Virus record (IMG/VR): IMGVR_UViG_3300021425_000040
Span: 1-59,022 of that record
DNA from: a virus
Taxonomy: Duplodnaviria > Caudoviricetes
Length of the DNA: 59,022 nucleotides
Reading direction: 5' to 3' (one strand)
Positions 1 to 11,391 of this stretch are shown one piece after another (the stretch's first letter is position 1; every line of letters begins with the position of its first letter). A program made the position numbers and the translations under genes. The notes below the pieces were generated by a model, which did not search any database, was not told the origin of the DNA, and saw only the letters and a program-made list of their open reading frames with translations.

Positions 1-3000
1 AGCCTTACCCTCAGCTCCAAATAGCTGCCATGAAGAAATTGCAGAAGTATCTGCAAAAGGAGTGACTGAAGTATAGGCACCGGTAGTTGAAGTAATAATA
101 GCAGATCCAGAATTACCTACAACTTTCTTACCTACGTCTGCTGCGTTGAAAGCAGCAGTAGTACCAGTTGTATAGTTGTAAATATAAGTTCCAGTCCACC
201 CATACAATAGAGCCCCATCGGAGCTAAATCTGGTATCTGCAGTGTGACTCGAATTTCCTTGCCAAGTAAAAGAAGTTCCAGAACTTAAGCTTGATAAATC
301 ATAGCCTGGAGACATAGTAAAATACTTACTAGTTGTACTACCAAAAGGATCAGAGGCTATTACCAAAGTACCATCAGGGGAAATAGTAACAGCTTGTGTT
401 CGAGATATAAGAGTGCTTGAAGTTGTTCCACTTAGAGATGCAGTTGTAATATCCCACGCGGTCGACATAGTAAATTCTCTTAGTACAGCACTTCCAGAAA
501 TACCATCTTGAACCTGATACCCAGTTAACCCATTAGGTTGTATAAACAAACTAGGCATACTATTCACAAAAATAGCAGAAGAAGCCCCATGATAGGATGC
601 GGTACTAAGATCATACGCAGTAGACATCTTCCATTGATAGATTATGTTGTTTTGATAATCTCCAAAATATAAATCATATCCGGAATTAGTTATATGTAAA
701 GGACAATAAATATTGGCAGAACCTGCAACCCTGCTAGACATATCTAATGTATTTGCAGGAGTAGTATTTAGTGTACTTAAATCATGTGGAGTAGACATAC
801 TATATTGATAAACAGTTTTTGCATATCCGATTTCATTTGTGCTAGATACCATATATACATGATTACCAGTGGGATCAAATTCTACCACCTGCCAAGAACC
901 TCCACTACCCTGGGATGTAATGCTTGGAGAAGTAGAATTAAGATTAACAGTGCTTGACATTTGATAACCGACTACTGTAGGATTACTATTCGTAAAAGTA
1001 CCATCACCTGTTGCACTTGGTGTTAATGTTGAACTAGCATAAGAAATTGGTTTTTCATCAAAGAAGTCATAATTTGTGGCATTAGCATTAACGTCCCACT
1101 GACCTTTAGAACTAAATCCTTGCTGAGGAATTTCTTTAAACACACTTACATTTGGTACTGGGCTAACATTAGAAGATAAAGTAATAGTAGCGCTTTCATT
1201 ATTAGCAAAACTTTTAGTTAAGCTACCAAGAGTACCAGCTACTCCTCCCCCAGAGCTAATTGTAATATTTCCAGATCCTAATACTGAATTACCATTTATA
1301 GTCTTAATATTAGTATTAGACACTAAAGTACTTTGATATCCTGATAAGTCAGGAGGTGTGTACGTAAGAACTTCTGAACCGCTGTCATAGGAAATAGATC
1401 CTGTGCTAGAAGCGGAAGCATTAGCTACTGTAAGATTAGAACTTCCTCCTATTTTAGAAACAGATATAGTATCTCCCGAAGCAGTATTAGATCCTAACAC
1501 TATAGATGTACCGCTAGTAGCAGTAAACTCTGTGTTAGCTAATTTAACACCATTTAGAAATACTTGTACGCTACCAGGAATATAAGTAGCTGCAAAAGAA
1601 GTTTGATTTGCAGTAGCTGTAAATTCATAATCTGTTAGAGCAGGAGTACTAGAACCACTAGATCCTCCTGCAGATTGATCTACCCATGCATAGTCTGAAC
1701 CATCCCAGCTCAACACTTGATCTGTTGATGCTGTTGATTGGTTTAAGTGCGTGTCAACATCAGAGTTACCATAACTACTTGCAACACTGCCAGGCTCCCA
1801 CTTAGAATTAGCACTTACATAAATAAGAGCTTGACCGTTTGTAGGAACATTAGTAGTTAAATCTACGTCAGTAACATCGTCAAGAGATACACTTACAGTA
1901 CCAAAATTAACGACTTCAATGTCGTCTCCTTCAATTGTAGCATTATTAAGAACTAGTGATGTACCATCTGTTGCTGTATAATCAGTAGCAGGTAATTTTA
2001 CACCATTTCTGTATACGCCTATCTTACCTGCAGTATAAGTAGCTAAACTAGGAGTACTAGCAGAGTTAAAAGTATTAACTCCTGAAGAAATATTAGAATA
2101 TAAAGTAGTAGAGTAGGATGTACCGCTTAAACTATTTACATCTACTGTAGGAGTTGCACCATATATAATTAACGCAAATGGAGCAGACGAGCTTGGTGTT
2201 CTATTTCCTGAACCGTCATAGAAAGATGCTCTAAACCCATTTACAGTTTTATTAGTTATTCCAACATAATAATCATCAAACGTTTCAGCATCAGACACAA
2301 CAATATAATCAGTATTTGATTGTGCTGAGCTAAAGGTAAAATCCAATGTACCATTACTTGAATTCCAATTTGACCAACTTATGTTAGTGCCGGAAGCATT
2401 TGTGGTACTGGCAACTCTTGCAAATGCAAATGGTGCAATAACCGTAGTAGCTCCTCCAGCTACTATCCCTGCATTTCCACTATTAGTTACAGATCCTGAA
2501 AATTCAAAATCTAAATATCTAACTTCTACAGTGGTTCCTGCTACTAGAGGTCTAGTATTACTAAGAGTTAAATCTGTATTAGAAACTGTATACTCTGAAG
2601 GTTTTTGAGCAATACCTCCATAACTTACTAAAAGTTTATTTACATTGTCTGTAGTATTTACAAGAGTGAAAGTGTTTGTACTGCCATCTATTGAAAACTC
2701 TTGAGAAGTAACATTAGCAACGGATACGTTACTTCCATCAGCCCCAAAGGTATTGTTAGCATAAACACCAAAACTATCTACAGTACTAGTTAAAGAATTT
2801 ACATTGTCTTGAACTAAATCTGCAGGCCCACCAACTCCTTGACTTACAAACGACAAATTCCCGCTACCATCAGTAGCGAGAACTTGACCTGAAGAACCTA
2901 CAGAAGTTGGAAGAACTAAATGGACATTAGAAGCAAGAGTTGCATCAGCTGCAATACTAGAAATAAAAGAATTTGATTTAAATTCTATATTAGATGTAGA

Positions 3001-3033
3001 CACCTGGTCTACGCGAAATGCTTGTTGTACCAT
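1..3033 (-). CDS. Tail/virion fibre protein, 3'-truncated by the window edge (at least 1011 aa; missing from the ORF track)
   Basis: ATG at 3033 (MVQQAFRVDQVSTSN...). My reading of the frame stays open to position 1. S/T/G-rich, with fibre motifs (GQVLATDGSGNLSF, VYRNGVKL, LDDVTDVD..GQAL) and C-terminal MSTAWD-type beta-propeller repeats. Confidence 0.85.
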   Translation of the reverse strand, partial: MVQQAFRVDQVSTSNIEFKSNSFISSIAADATLASNVHLVLPTSVGSSGQVLATDGSGNLSFVSQGVGGPADLVQDNVNSLTSTVDSFGVYANNTFGADGSNVSVANVTSQEFSIDGSTNTFTLVNTTDNVNKLLVSYGGIAQKPSEYTVSNTDLTLSNTRPLVAGTTVEVRYLDFEFSGSVTNSGNAGIVAGGATTVIAPFAFARVASTTNASGTNISWSNWNSSNGTLDFTFSSAQSNTDYIVVSDAETFDDYYVGITNKTVNGFRASFYDGSGNRTPSSSAPFALIIYGATPTVDVNSLSGTSYSTTLYSNISSGVNTFNSASTPSLATYTAGKIGVYRNGVKLPATDYTATDGTSLVLNNATIEGDDIEVVNFGTVSVSLDDVTDVDLTTNVPTNGQALIYVSANSKWEPGSVASSYGNSDVDTHLNQSTASTDQVLSWDGSDYAWVDQSAGGSSGSSTPALTDYEFTATANQTSFAATYIPGSVQVFLNGVKLANTEFTATSGTSIVLGSNTASGDTISVSKIGGSSNLTVANASASSTGSISYDSGSEVLTYTPPDLSGYQSTLVSNTNIKTINGNSVLGSGNITISSGGGVAGTLGSLTKSFANNESATITLSSNVSPVPNVSVFKEIPQQGFSSKGQWDVNANATNYDFFDEKPISYASSTLTPSATGDGTFTNSNPTVVGYQMSSTVNLNSTSPSITSQGSGGSWQVVEFDPTGNHVYMVSSTNEIGYAKTVYQYSMSTPHDLSTLNTTPANTLDMSSRVAGSANIYCPLHITNSGYDLYFGDYQNNIIYQWKMSTAYDLSTASYHGASSAIFVNSMPSLFIQPNGLTGYQVQDGISGSAVLREFTMSTAWDITTASLSGTTSSTLISRTQAVTISPDGTLVIASDPFGSTTSKYFTMSPGYDLSSLSSGTSFTWQGNSSHTADTRFSSDGALLYGWTGTYIYNYTTGTTAAFNAADVGKKVVGNSGSAIITSTTGAYTSVTPFADTSAISSWQLFGAEGKA

Positions 3034-3104
3034 TTAGTTTCCCTATCCACCAAAAGATTATATGTACTTTACAGAGTTAGTTAGATTTCTCTGTAAAGCT
3101 TAGT

Positions 3105-4862
3105 TTATTGTATTAAGTTGTGTGAAGCCACTGATATCTTTTTATTAGCGCTTCCGCCACTAGAGCGAACTGATATTATATCTGAGCCATCAATAGTTAT
3201 GTTAAAGGTAGATAACTCATTAGTGCCCGTGTGTACTGCTCCATACTCAGTAAAGTGAACATCTGTACCATCGTGAACAATTAACATTTTGTTTATTTGA
3301 TACTCCGAATTACTTATATCTTGAGTTAATAAAGTAAGTTCTGCAGCTCTATATACTGTACCAGGAAAGTTAAATATTTCTGTATCAGCTGTGCCCACAG
3401 AAGATTTAACATTGGAAGTTACATGAAGTTGAGTATTTAATTTAGTTACAGGAGTAGATACAGAACCTGTAAAGGTTGAGTCCCCTGTAAAAGACGTAGT
3501 ACCATCAATAACTGCATCTAAATTAGCATTAACAGTATTAATATTAGTAGTATTAGTACTAATATTAGTGTTTGCAGCAGTTAAACCATTTACTACTGCA
3601 GAAACATTATCTTGTACAAGATCAACGTCTGCACCAATAGTAGATGCAACTGTAATTTCATCCGCGGCAGTAGTTAATGATATGCCCGTCCCTGCTACAA
3701 AAGTAAGAACGTCGGCATTAGCACTAGCTACTACATCACTTTGACCAGATACTTGAATAGTATTATAGTATACTAGTGAGTCTAGTCTGTTAGCATTAGT
3801 AACTGTATTAGAAGATATTGTAGGTAAGTCAGCTTCTACAGTACCAAATCTAGTACTAAGATCAGCTACATCTACACCGTCTACTGTTCCGTCAACAACT
3901 AAGTTATTAACTCTTAAATCTGCATAACCGCTAAAATTAAAGTCAGTAACTACATTACTACCTTCATCTTGTGTAAATGCTAAAGCTATTTGATCTGCAG
4001 ATTCATCCCAACCTACAAAGACGTTAGCGTCTGAACCTCTAGAGATAAGAACACCAGAGTCAAAAGAAGCTGCTGCAGCGCCATTAGATAGAATAAGAGT
4101 TCTATCTTGGATAGTAGTATCTACAGAACCAATAGTTGTCTGAGTGCCTCCAACTACTAAATCTCCATCTACAGTAAGATTTTGATTCATAGTTACGTTG
4201 CCAGTAAAGGCAGTAGTACCATCTGTAATTGCAGCTACATTGTCTTGTACTAAATTAACATTAGCATTAGTAGCGGCAACATTATCCTGTACAGTATTAA
4301 CATCAGTAGAACCATCAACATGAATAGCTACACTTTTACTACCTGCGTCACCAATAAGAGTGATACCGTCACCTGCAGTAAGAGTAAGCGAATCCGCATT
4401 AGCTCCTGCATCTACATTAACACCATTAGCTGTAATGCGTCTAAAGTATTTTAGAGAGTCTAGTCTAGCACTAGCTGTTGCTACGTTATCTTGAACAGTA
4501 TCAATAGAGGTAGAACCTGCATTTACATTGTCTTGTACATCATCTATTAACCCTGATAAAGTTACATAAGTATTATGAGTATTAGCTACTCCAATCACAA
4601 CATTGTCTTGTACAAGATCAACATCAGCTTTTAGAGTAGTATAAGTGTTATAAGTGTTAGCTACGCCTGTTAATATATCTGTAGCATTAGCAGATACATT
4701 ACTTTGTACTGTATCTACTGCAGATTGAAGCGCGACTACACTTCCGCCTAACGCGAGGGAGTTAGCGGTATTGTCATAAAAGAATCCACCGGAGGTAGAA
4801 GAAATATTACCTCCGACTATAATACCTTTTTTGACCTTAAAGTCTTTTTGTTCCGTTGCCAT
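3105..4862 (-). CDS. Virion structural fibre protein with VQDNV coiled-coil repeats
   Basis: 585 aa, recurring (D/T)xVQDNV repeats. The C-terminal LIVHDGTDVHFTEYG domain is shared with the neighbouring gene. Confidence 0.7.
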   Translation of the reverse strand: MATEQKDFKVKKGIIVGGNISSTSGGFFYDNTANSLALGGSVVALQSAVDTVQSNVSANATDILTGVANTYNTYTTLKADVDLVQDNVVIGVANTHNTYVTLSGLIDDVQDNVNAGSTSIDTVQDNVATASARLDSLKYFRRITANGVNVDAGANADSLTLTAGDGITLIGDAGSKSVAIHVDGSTDVNTVQDNVAATNANVNLVQDNVAAITDGTTAFTGNVTMNQNLTVDGDLVVGGTQTTIGSVDTTIQDRTLILSNGAAAASFDSGVLISRGSDANVFVGWDESADQIALAFTQDEGSNVVTDFNFSGYADLRVNNLVVDGTVDGVDVADLSTRFGTVEADLPTISSNTVTNANRLDSLVYYNTIQVSGQSDVVASANADVLTFVAGTGISLTTAADEITVASTIGADVDLVQDNVSAVVNGLTAANTNISTNTTNINTVNANLDAVIDGTTSFTGDSTFTGSVSTPVTKLNTQLHVTSNVKSSVGTADTEIFNFPGTVYRAAELTLLTQDISNSEYQINKMLIVHDGTDVHFTEYGAVHTGTNELSTFNITIDGSDIISVRSSGGSANKKISVASHNLIQ

Positions 4863-4874
4863 TTAAGTGTCTCC

Positions 4875-5789
4875 TTAGTCTAAGAATCTTAGAATCTTAA
4901 TAGTATTATTTGAACTTACAGCGCTAGCTTTTATCTCAACGTTATCGGTTGCTATATTAGCATTAAAAGTAACAATAGGTTGCGTACTAGAATGTACAAT
5001 TGCATATTCTGTCAATTTTACATCAGTACCATCATGGACTAATAATACCTCAGAACTTTGGTATTGTCCATATGTTAAATCTTGAACATTGATAATTAGC
5101 TTTGCAAAGTTAAAATCGTTTTTATTAAAAGAACTTACTACTGTTTCTATAGTAGTAACATCTGTTTGAGTGGTTGAGTTCATAGTAAAACTTTCAACTC
5201 CTCCAGAGGAAAAACTAACATTACTTACAGAAGATAACTCATCTAAGTTTTCTATGCCAATAGTTCCTATATACCTTGCTCCAGATATAAATATACTCTT
5301 TCCAGAAAAGTTTATACCGTTAGGAAGGTTATTACCGATAAAATTTAGTACCCCTGATTCATAATCAAAAAACCATTCATCGTTGTTTCCTGATCCTGTT
5401 ATAAATAATCGTGTACCATTAGTTTCAGGATTTGTTTCTCCAGCATCTGCAACATGAATTACTACTAAGTATGTAGATCCAAACTGAGGAGGTATCCAAT
5501 TAGATAATCCTGTCTTCCAAGTTCTATGCTGAGTAGAAGTATTGTCTGCAGTACACTCTACCGCATTACCAGTAGCTTCAGAATATATTTCAACAATTTG
5601 CGAAGAGCTTGAAGGTTTTACTGTAGGTACTAAATTAGCTTGTATCCATGTTAAGTCTCCACGTTCAATAAACGGAGAAGGTATAGCTTCATTAGCTGCA
5701 AGCTTATTATCGTTAGTGTCAGTTTTAGTAGCAGCAAATCCTACTTTTTTCCATAGATAGTCTATTTTTTGTGAGTCAGATATAGCCAT
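4875..5789 (-). CDS. Virion structural protein
   Basis: 304 aa. C-terminal LLVHDGTDVKLTEYA domain is paralogous to that of 3105-4862. Lies in the structural operon. Confidence 0.6.
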   Translation of the reverse strand: MAISDSQKIDYLWKKVGFAATKTDTNDNKLAANEAIPSPFIERGDLTWIQANLVPTVKPSSSSQIVEIYSEATGNAVECTADNTSTQHRTWKTGLSNWIPPQFGSTYLVVIHVADAGETNPETNGTRLFITGSGNNDEWFFDYESGVLNFIGNNLPNGINFSGKSIFISGARYIGTIGIENLDELSSVSNVSFSSGGVESFTMNSTTQTDVTTIETVVSSFNKNDFNFAKLIINVQDLTYGQYQSSEVLLVHDGTDVKLTEYAIVHSSTQPIVTFNANIATDNVEIKASAVSSNNTIKILRFLD

Positions 5790-8700
5790 TAGCTAGTCTC
5801 CTCGAAACTTAAAGAAGTTAAGCTTTGACCAGTAGAAAGACCTATTGATATCAAAACTTGATTACCTGTTGAATTAGAAGCATTTTCTGTACCAAACGTT
5901 AAAGTGTACGCTTGGTTATTAATATAAGATCCTGTAGGTATTATATCAGCACCTGTTAACGCACAACCATCACTACCATTACCTCCGTTACCAGTATTAG
6001 AACCTGGCTGACCTGCGCCATTATATTGACTTGTAGCAGTTAACCAACCATTAGAACCAGAAGAGCTATCAATGCCAGATCCAGGCAGTGCTATGTTGAA
6101 AGAAGAGATAGTTCCTGTGAGTCTTACTTTGAAGTTTGCCATATTAGAACGTCTAAATGCAAGTCTGATAAACTGGGCCCCATTACGTCCAGTAGCTAGA
6201 TCAGGGCCTATAGGTAAATATCCGCTACTTAGATCAGTATTAAAGTGCTTTAATATACCCCACCTAACTATAGCTTCATCCGTGCCCGCAACAGTTTGGG
6301 CACCTGACCAAGCAGAAGTATTAAAATAATCTGTAGAAGACGTGAAAGAAGGAGTAGCACCGCTAGCTCCTGATATTACAATACGTTTAGCATCATCATT
6401 ATAAGTAGCGCCTAAGTTATCACTTACTGCTATGCTCTCTTCATTAAATCCAGATATAGATTGACTATAAACTTGAAGTTTGGTGTCTGAAAGCTCTGAG
6501 TAACTTCCTGTACCATTTACATTTTTCATTCTAAATTTTAAAGTTTCAGAAACTCTTGCAGAACCGTTTACATTTATAGAAATATCTCCCAAAGTGTATT
6601 TGTTAGAACTGTTCACACCTGTACCTTTTAGAGGAATTGAACTAGATAAATAACTAGAGGCACCATCAAGATCACTATAATTTTTATTTTGAGTTGAAAT
6701 AGAGTTACCACTTGTGCTCTCAAAATTTGTAGCAGGAGCTATTGTAAAAGGAGTAGAAGTATCTCTATATGTTTGATCAATCCAATTATACACTTGAGCA
6801 CCACTTAAAAGAACTTGAGCACCGCTATTATAATAAGCAATTCCAGATATATATCTTTTTGTGCCTGCAACGCTTTCTGTTAACGTAGCTGATGTTAAAT
6901 CTATAATAGGAGTATCCGTTAAACTTTCTTTTACGATCTCAACTGTATTAGTAGACCCTTCTGTACTATGTTGAAGAGAGAAAGAATTAACACCATCAGA
7001 CACAGTTGTAGCGCTTTTTTGTATATAAGCTTTAAATACTCTATAAAATCCTTCAGGATAAATTCTGCTACTTCCAGAAACTGAGTTGCCGCTAGCATCA
7101 GAACCATTAGCATCGATATCTTCACTTATAACTAAAGAAGTATAAGTTCCTGTATCACTGGCAGTAGTAAAGCTTTTAGTACCATCCACACTTCCATTTA
7201 CAATAGCACTTAGATCACCTGATACAGCATTATAAGCATAAGAACTTAAAACATCGGTAGTTATAAAACCAACTTGATCTACAGTTCTATTCACACTATC
7301 TCCAGCACTTGCACTAGCTCCTCCAGTATTATCGTCAAAACCAGACGTTAGCAAAGGAGATAGTCCTACATCTTCTGAAGTCATAGTTATACTTTTAGAA
7401 GATAGCCCTGCTGGTGCGCTAGGTGGGTTATCTATTTGAATATAGTTGCTTCTTGTATCTGTATCATCAGTAGATGTCAAAGAGTTATCTCCTGTAGCAA
7501 GTAGTGAAAGATCGTAAGTACCTGTAGAAGTGTATTCATGAATAATATTAGCGCCTGTTGGAGTACCCGCTGCTCCTTCAGAAATAGAAACAGTATTAGA
7601 ATCACCAAAGGACCATTCATAGGTATCAGTGTTTTCAGATTGATTTATAAAAGTAGCGATATTTCTCTTGTTACCGCTATAGTCTGTAAATAAGTATCCT
7701 AGCCTAGTACTAGAAGAATTAAGACCTTGAGATACAGTACTCATAGTTCCTATATACTCAGAGCGGGGGTCAGGGTTTACAGTTATAGTAGTTGCTGAGC
7801 TTGCAAATGGAGAAGTGCTATGGCCATTATATAAAGATAAGGTTACATCAAAAGTTTGCTGTACAGCTCTATTAGAAAGAGCAAAAGTATGAGATATGCT
7901 TTGATTAGTATCCCCACTAGAACCAGAACCTGTATTAACATACTGAGAAGTTCCGTCTCCCCAATCCCACTGATATCTAATAGTGTCAGGATAAGAAGAG
8001 TTATCGCCTGGAGCACTACTAGTAGTATTAGTAAAAGTTACGGGCAAGCCTGAAGTGGCTTCTTCATTGTTACCACTGTTAACACTTGAAGTAAAAGTAG
8101 GTGTATGAGTAGAATATACATATACAGAAGAGTTAGTACTATCGTCTTGACCATTTGAAGAGGAAGCAGCCGTAAGAGTTATAGTATAAGTTTCATCGCC
8201 TGCAGTATTATTATAAGTGTGAGAAATAGCGCCCCCACCTGGAGTGCCCGCACCGCTAGAGCCTAGAGAGCTGTTAGAGGTTCCATCTCCCCAGTTAATT
8301 TCATAAGAATCAGTAAACTGAGAAGTGTTAGTTAAGGAAACAGATGTAGCATCGTCTATAGTGCTGTCAGCAATAGAAAATCCAGCTATAGGGGCAGGAG
8401 TTTGTAGTGATATATAGTTAACTCTAGTAGAAAAGGCTTCAGAGCCTTCACCTGATCCTGAAGTATTTTTAGCTGTTACTGTTATAGTTTGTAACCCTCC
8501 ATCAGGTACTACATAGGTATGAGGTACAGAGGTAGAAGAAGTTGTTGTATTAGCTGTTCCATCTCCCCAGCTTATTTCATAGTTGTTAGCATTGCCTTCA
8601 GCAGTTATGCTAAGTGTAACAGCTAGAGGAGAGTTGCCTGCAGTAATATTAGAAGCAAAAGAAACTTCTTTTACAAAAGTATCGTTTCTTACATTTTCAA

Positions 8701-10558
8701 GAACTTCATTAAGAATGTCTATAGCATCTGTGACTTTTGTATCAGTATCAAAATACTGATAAGCGCCATCCGCCAAAGAAGAGTCCAAACTTGTTCCAAG
8801 TGCAAGAGTATTAGCAGTGGTGTTTACAGAGTTAGCTATTAAATTAGTAACTTCGATAGTTTGAGCTACAAGGTTACCAGTAGATACGCTGTGCGTAGCT
8901 TCAACCGTTACTCCAAACACGTTACTTTGAGTCACACTAGCAGTTATACTATCTGCAGTCATTTCACCTGCTCTAAAGTCTGCAGGGCTGCCTGTGAATA
9001 CTTCTCCGCTATTTGTAGCGTCTAGTAAAAATGAGTAAGAATTAGAAGCAGCGTTCCAACCAAAGAATCCTAGTTTAGATTGATTATCTTCATAATATCT
9101 AAACTCTACACCACGATCTTTACCGTCAGAAGATTCTAAAGCTGTATTTCCGGCAAGAGTAATAATAGGATCTTTTAGAGTAGTAACTGTAGTATCTACA
9201 GAAGTAGTATTTCCTTCTACAATCAAGTTTCCTAGTAGTAGTAGGTTAGTAGCATCAAGAGTTATACTTCCAGCATTAGAAGAAATATTAGACCCACTAA
9301 TTACTATATCGCCTATATTAGCGCGAGGAAAACCTGTTTTAAGATATGTTTCATTAATAGCAGATACTAAGTTAGAAGTGTCAACAGTAACTAAGTCAGC
9401 TTTAGATCCTACATTAGAATCTACTCTAAACTCTAGTGAGTTTACGTTTGCAGTTAGAGAGTCTAAGTTTGCTACTGTGCGTACTTCTAAAGTATTAACA
9501 TTTGCAGTAAGAGTATTTAAATTTGCAGTTACAGAAGCATCTAGTGCTTCTACATTACCAGCTAGGGAGTTTAAGTTTGCAGTTACACGAAAGTCTAGTG
9601 AATTTACATTTGAAGTAGTTAAGTCTATATTAGCTTGAGTACGGCTTTCAAGAGCATCTACATTAGCAGTAATAACATCAAGATTAGCAGTTACACGAAG
9701 ATCTAGAGAAGAAATGTTGCTACTTACTACATCAATATTAGCGCTTACATTGTCTGCAAGTGCTACAACATTTTCATGCAAAGAAGTAACGTTAGCTTGA
9801 AGTTCAGCAATGTCTTCTCCGCCTACATCTGCAATAGCTGCATTAGCATAGGCAGCATAGGCATCTAAATTGGAACTTACTACGCCGATATTAGCTGTAA
9901 GTTGTACTACGTTATCATCAAGATCTTGTAGGTGTTGAGCATTACCACTTGAAAGAGAGTTAATAGCCGCAACAATATTATCTGTTACACTAGTAACTAA
10001 GTTAACAGGATCACCTGTTAAAGCTATAATCTGAGCATTAGAAGCTAAGTCGCTGGCAACAATTTCAACTGTATTAATAGCGTTTGCATCAGCAGTAAGA
10101 CTTACACCAGGAATTCTAACTGTGCCATCAGGATCAACGTTAAAGTTTTGAATATCAATTGTTGAGCCGCTAATAGATGAATTAGCGCCGATAAAAATTG
10201 TACCTTCTGCGACGTGTATCTCTTTAAACTTACGTTCGGGAGTACCTAAACTCGTAGCCTCATCAGAACTAGGAACAATATTAGAACCTACAACAATACT
10301 TGATCCAGGTATAGAAGTGTTGGCACTAATAAAAAGATCACGGGCGTCTCCTGAACGCACCGTGATCTCATTTTGATGTTCACCTATACCGATGTTAAGA
10401 TTACCTACGTTGGCATTCTCTTCACCTTTGGGACCTCGTATCCCTACTTCTACAACTTTTATAGCCCCTGAATTAGGAGCTGTTACAACTACTTGATTTG
10501 TGGTCTCGGAGACAGTGACGGATTGTACTGTTTCACTTACGGTTACTCTGTTGCTCAA
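5789..10558 (-). CDS. Large virion fibre/adhesin with an 18-aa coiled-coil repeat and PKD-like Ig domains
   Basis: 1589 aa, S/T-rich. Four W.(W/F)GD motifs typical of PKD domains. Tandem VTANLxxLxANVxxLExR repeats. Confidence 0.75.
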   Translation of the reverse strand: MSNRVTVSETVQSVTVSETTNQVVVTAPNSGAIKVVEVGIRGPKGEENANVGNLNIGIGEHQNEITVRSGDARDLFISANTSIPGSSIVVGSNIVPSSDEATSLGTPERKFKEIHVAEGTIFIGANSSISGSTIDIQNFNVDPDGTVRIPGVSLTADANAINTVEIVASDLASNAQIIALTGDPVNLVTSVTDNIVAAINSLSSGNAQHLQDLDDNVVQLTANIGVVSSNLDAYAAYANAAIADVGGEDIAELQANVTSLHENVVALADNVSANIDVVSSNISSLDLRVTANLDVITANVDALESRTQANIDLTTSNVNSLDFRVTANLNSLAGNVEALDASVTANLNTLTANVNTLEVRTVANLDSLTANVNSLEFRVDSNVGSKADLVTVDTSNLVSAINETYLKTGFPRANIGDIVISGSNISSNAGSITLDATNLLLLGNLIVEGNTTSVDTTVTTLKDPIITLAGNTALESSDGKDRGVEFRYYEDNQSKLGFFGWNAASNSYSFLLDATNSGEVFTGSPADFRAGEMTADSITASVTQSNVFGVTVEATHSVSTGNLVAQTIEVTNLIANSVNTTANTLALGTSLDSSLADGAYQYFDTDTKVTDAIDILNEVLENVRNDTFVKEVSFASNITAGNSPLAVTLSITAEGNANNYEISWGDGTANTTTSSTSVPHTYVVPDGGLQTITVTAKNTSGSGEGSEAFSTRVNYISLQTPAPIAGFSIADSTIDDATSVSLTNTSQFTDSYEINWGDGTSNSSLGSSGAGTPGGGAISHTYNNTAGDETYTITLTAASSSNGQDDSTNSSVYVYSTHTPTFTSSVNSGNNEEATSGLPVTFTNTTSSAPGDNSSYPDTIRYQWDWGDGTSQYVNTGSGSSGDTNQSISHTFALSNRAVQQTFDVTLSLYNGHSTSPFASSATTITVNPDPRSEYIGTMSTVSQGLNSSSTRLGYLFTDYSGNKRNIATFINQSENTDTYEWSFGDSNTVSISEGAAGTPTGANIIHEYTSTGTYDLSLLATGDNSLTSTDDTDTRSNYIQIDNPPSAPAGLSSKSITMTSEDVGLSPLLTSGFDDNTGGASASAGDSVNRTVDQVGFITTDVLSSYAYNAVSGDLSAIVNGSVDGTKSFTTASDTGTYTSLVISEDIDANGSDASGNSVSGSSRIYPEGFYRVFKAYIQKSATTVSDGVNSFSLQHSTEGSTNTVEIVKESLTDTPIIDLTSATLTESVAGTKRYISGIAYYNSGAQVLLSGAQVYNWIDQTYRDTSTPFTIAPATNFESTSGNSISTQNKNYSDLDGASSYLSSSIPLKGTGVNSSNKYTLGDISINVNGSARVSETLKFRMKNVNGTGSYSELSDTKLQVYSQSISGFNEESIAVSDNLGATYNDDAKRIVISGASGATPSFTSSTDYFNTSAWSGAQTVAGTDEAIVRWGILKHFNTDLSSGYLPIGPDLATGRNGAQFIRLAFRRSNMANFKVRLTGTISSFNIALPGSGIDSSSGSNGWLTATSQYNGAGQPGSNTGNGGNGSDGCALTGADIIPTGSYINNQAYTLTFGTENASNSTGNQVLISIGLSTGQSLTSLSFEETS
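9415..9740 (-). repeat. Tandem 54-bp (18-aa) coiled-coil repeats inside the 1589-aa gene
   Basis: VTANLDVITANVDALESR / TQANIDLTTSNVNSLDFR / VTANLNSLAGNVEALDAS / VTANLNTLTANVNTLEVR / TVANLDSLTANVNSLEFR. Boundaries approximate. Confidence 0.85.
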
Positions 10559-10935
10559 ACTGTAATCTCTGGAACTACGTTAAATTTTCCTTCGAGTATT
10601 CTAGTAACAACTCCAGAAGGAGATTGTATTTCGAGATCATATTTAAGAGAACCAGGAGGTATAGCAGAAGTATTAGCTGCAGCAATTAATAGCCTAACGT
10701 TTCCGTTAGCTCCATCTTCGCTGTCTTCTACCGAACCATTTAATATACAGTGACCATTTGAGGTAGCATTACTATGTAAATCTACTATAAGGTCTCCACC
10801 GCTATATTCACGAACGTGCATCCTAACTAAATAGTTGTTAAGACTTACCGCTGTACCAGTGGAATCTTTATAGGTTATGATTTTATCAAAAGTAGCTCCT
10901 TGCTCACAAGTGAAATTATACTTTCCTGCTGACAT
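10555..10935 (-). CDS. Fibre attachment/collar adaptor protein (T5 p132/LtfC-like or BppU-like Ig fold)
   Basis: 126 aa with QGATF and KYDLEI...TRILEGKFNVVPEIT motifs. Directly upstream of the fibre genes. Confidence 0.55.
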   Translation of the reverse strand: MSAGKYNFTCEQGATFDKIITYKDSTGTAVSLNNYLVRMHVREYSGGDLIVDLHSNATSNGHCILNGSVEDSEDGANGNVRLLIAAANTSAIPPGSLKYDLEIQSPSGVVTRILEGKFNVVPEITV

Positions 10936-11391
10936 TTATTTTTTGTCTCCTAGCAGATCCTTCATCAAGGAATCGTAGTTATTATTGATTTGTACGGCTA
11001 CTCCAGTATCGCGCTTTGGTCGTGCTGAGGTTTCCATATCATTAAGAAGCTTCATCCAATCAAGTAAATCTTTCTTAGAATAGACACCTGACTCAAAAGC
11101 TTCCTGTAGTTTCTCGTCGATAACTTTGTTTATAACTGTTAATCGCTTTTGGCGATTTAAGTAGCCTTGGCTTAAATAAACGTTATCCACGTAAGATTTA
11201 ACTTCTTTATTCTCAATAATACTGGTTACTTGGTCCATTGTCAATGAGTGATTTTTAGCTATTTCATCAATGCTCTGACCGGCTAGAAAATCATTTGCAA
11301 CAAGTAGGTATGTAGGATCAAGCGCTGGAGCAGCGAGTGATTCATTTAGTTGTTCGCTGTAAGTAACAGGTATGTTTGGTTTATCATTCAT
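10936..11391 (-). CDS. terS: Terminase small subunit, T5-like
   Basis: 151 aa. The pattern VAN.FL...HTH...EVKSYVDNVYLSQGY.N...KLQEA.ESGVYSKKDL...VQIN..YDSLMKDLL matches my recollection of T5-family TerS. Confidence 0.8.
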   Translation of the reverse strand: MNDKPNIPVTYSEQLNESLAAPALDPTYLLVANDFLAGQSIDEIAKNHSLTMDQVTSIIENKEVKSYVDNVYLSQGYLNRQKRLTVINKVIDEKLQEAFESGVYSKKDLLDWMKLLNDMETSARPKRDTGVAVQINNNYDSLMKDLLGDKK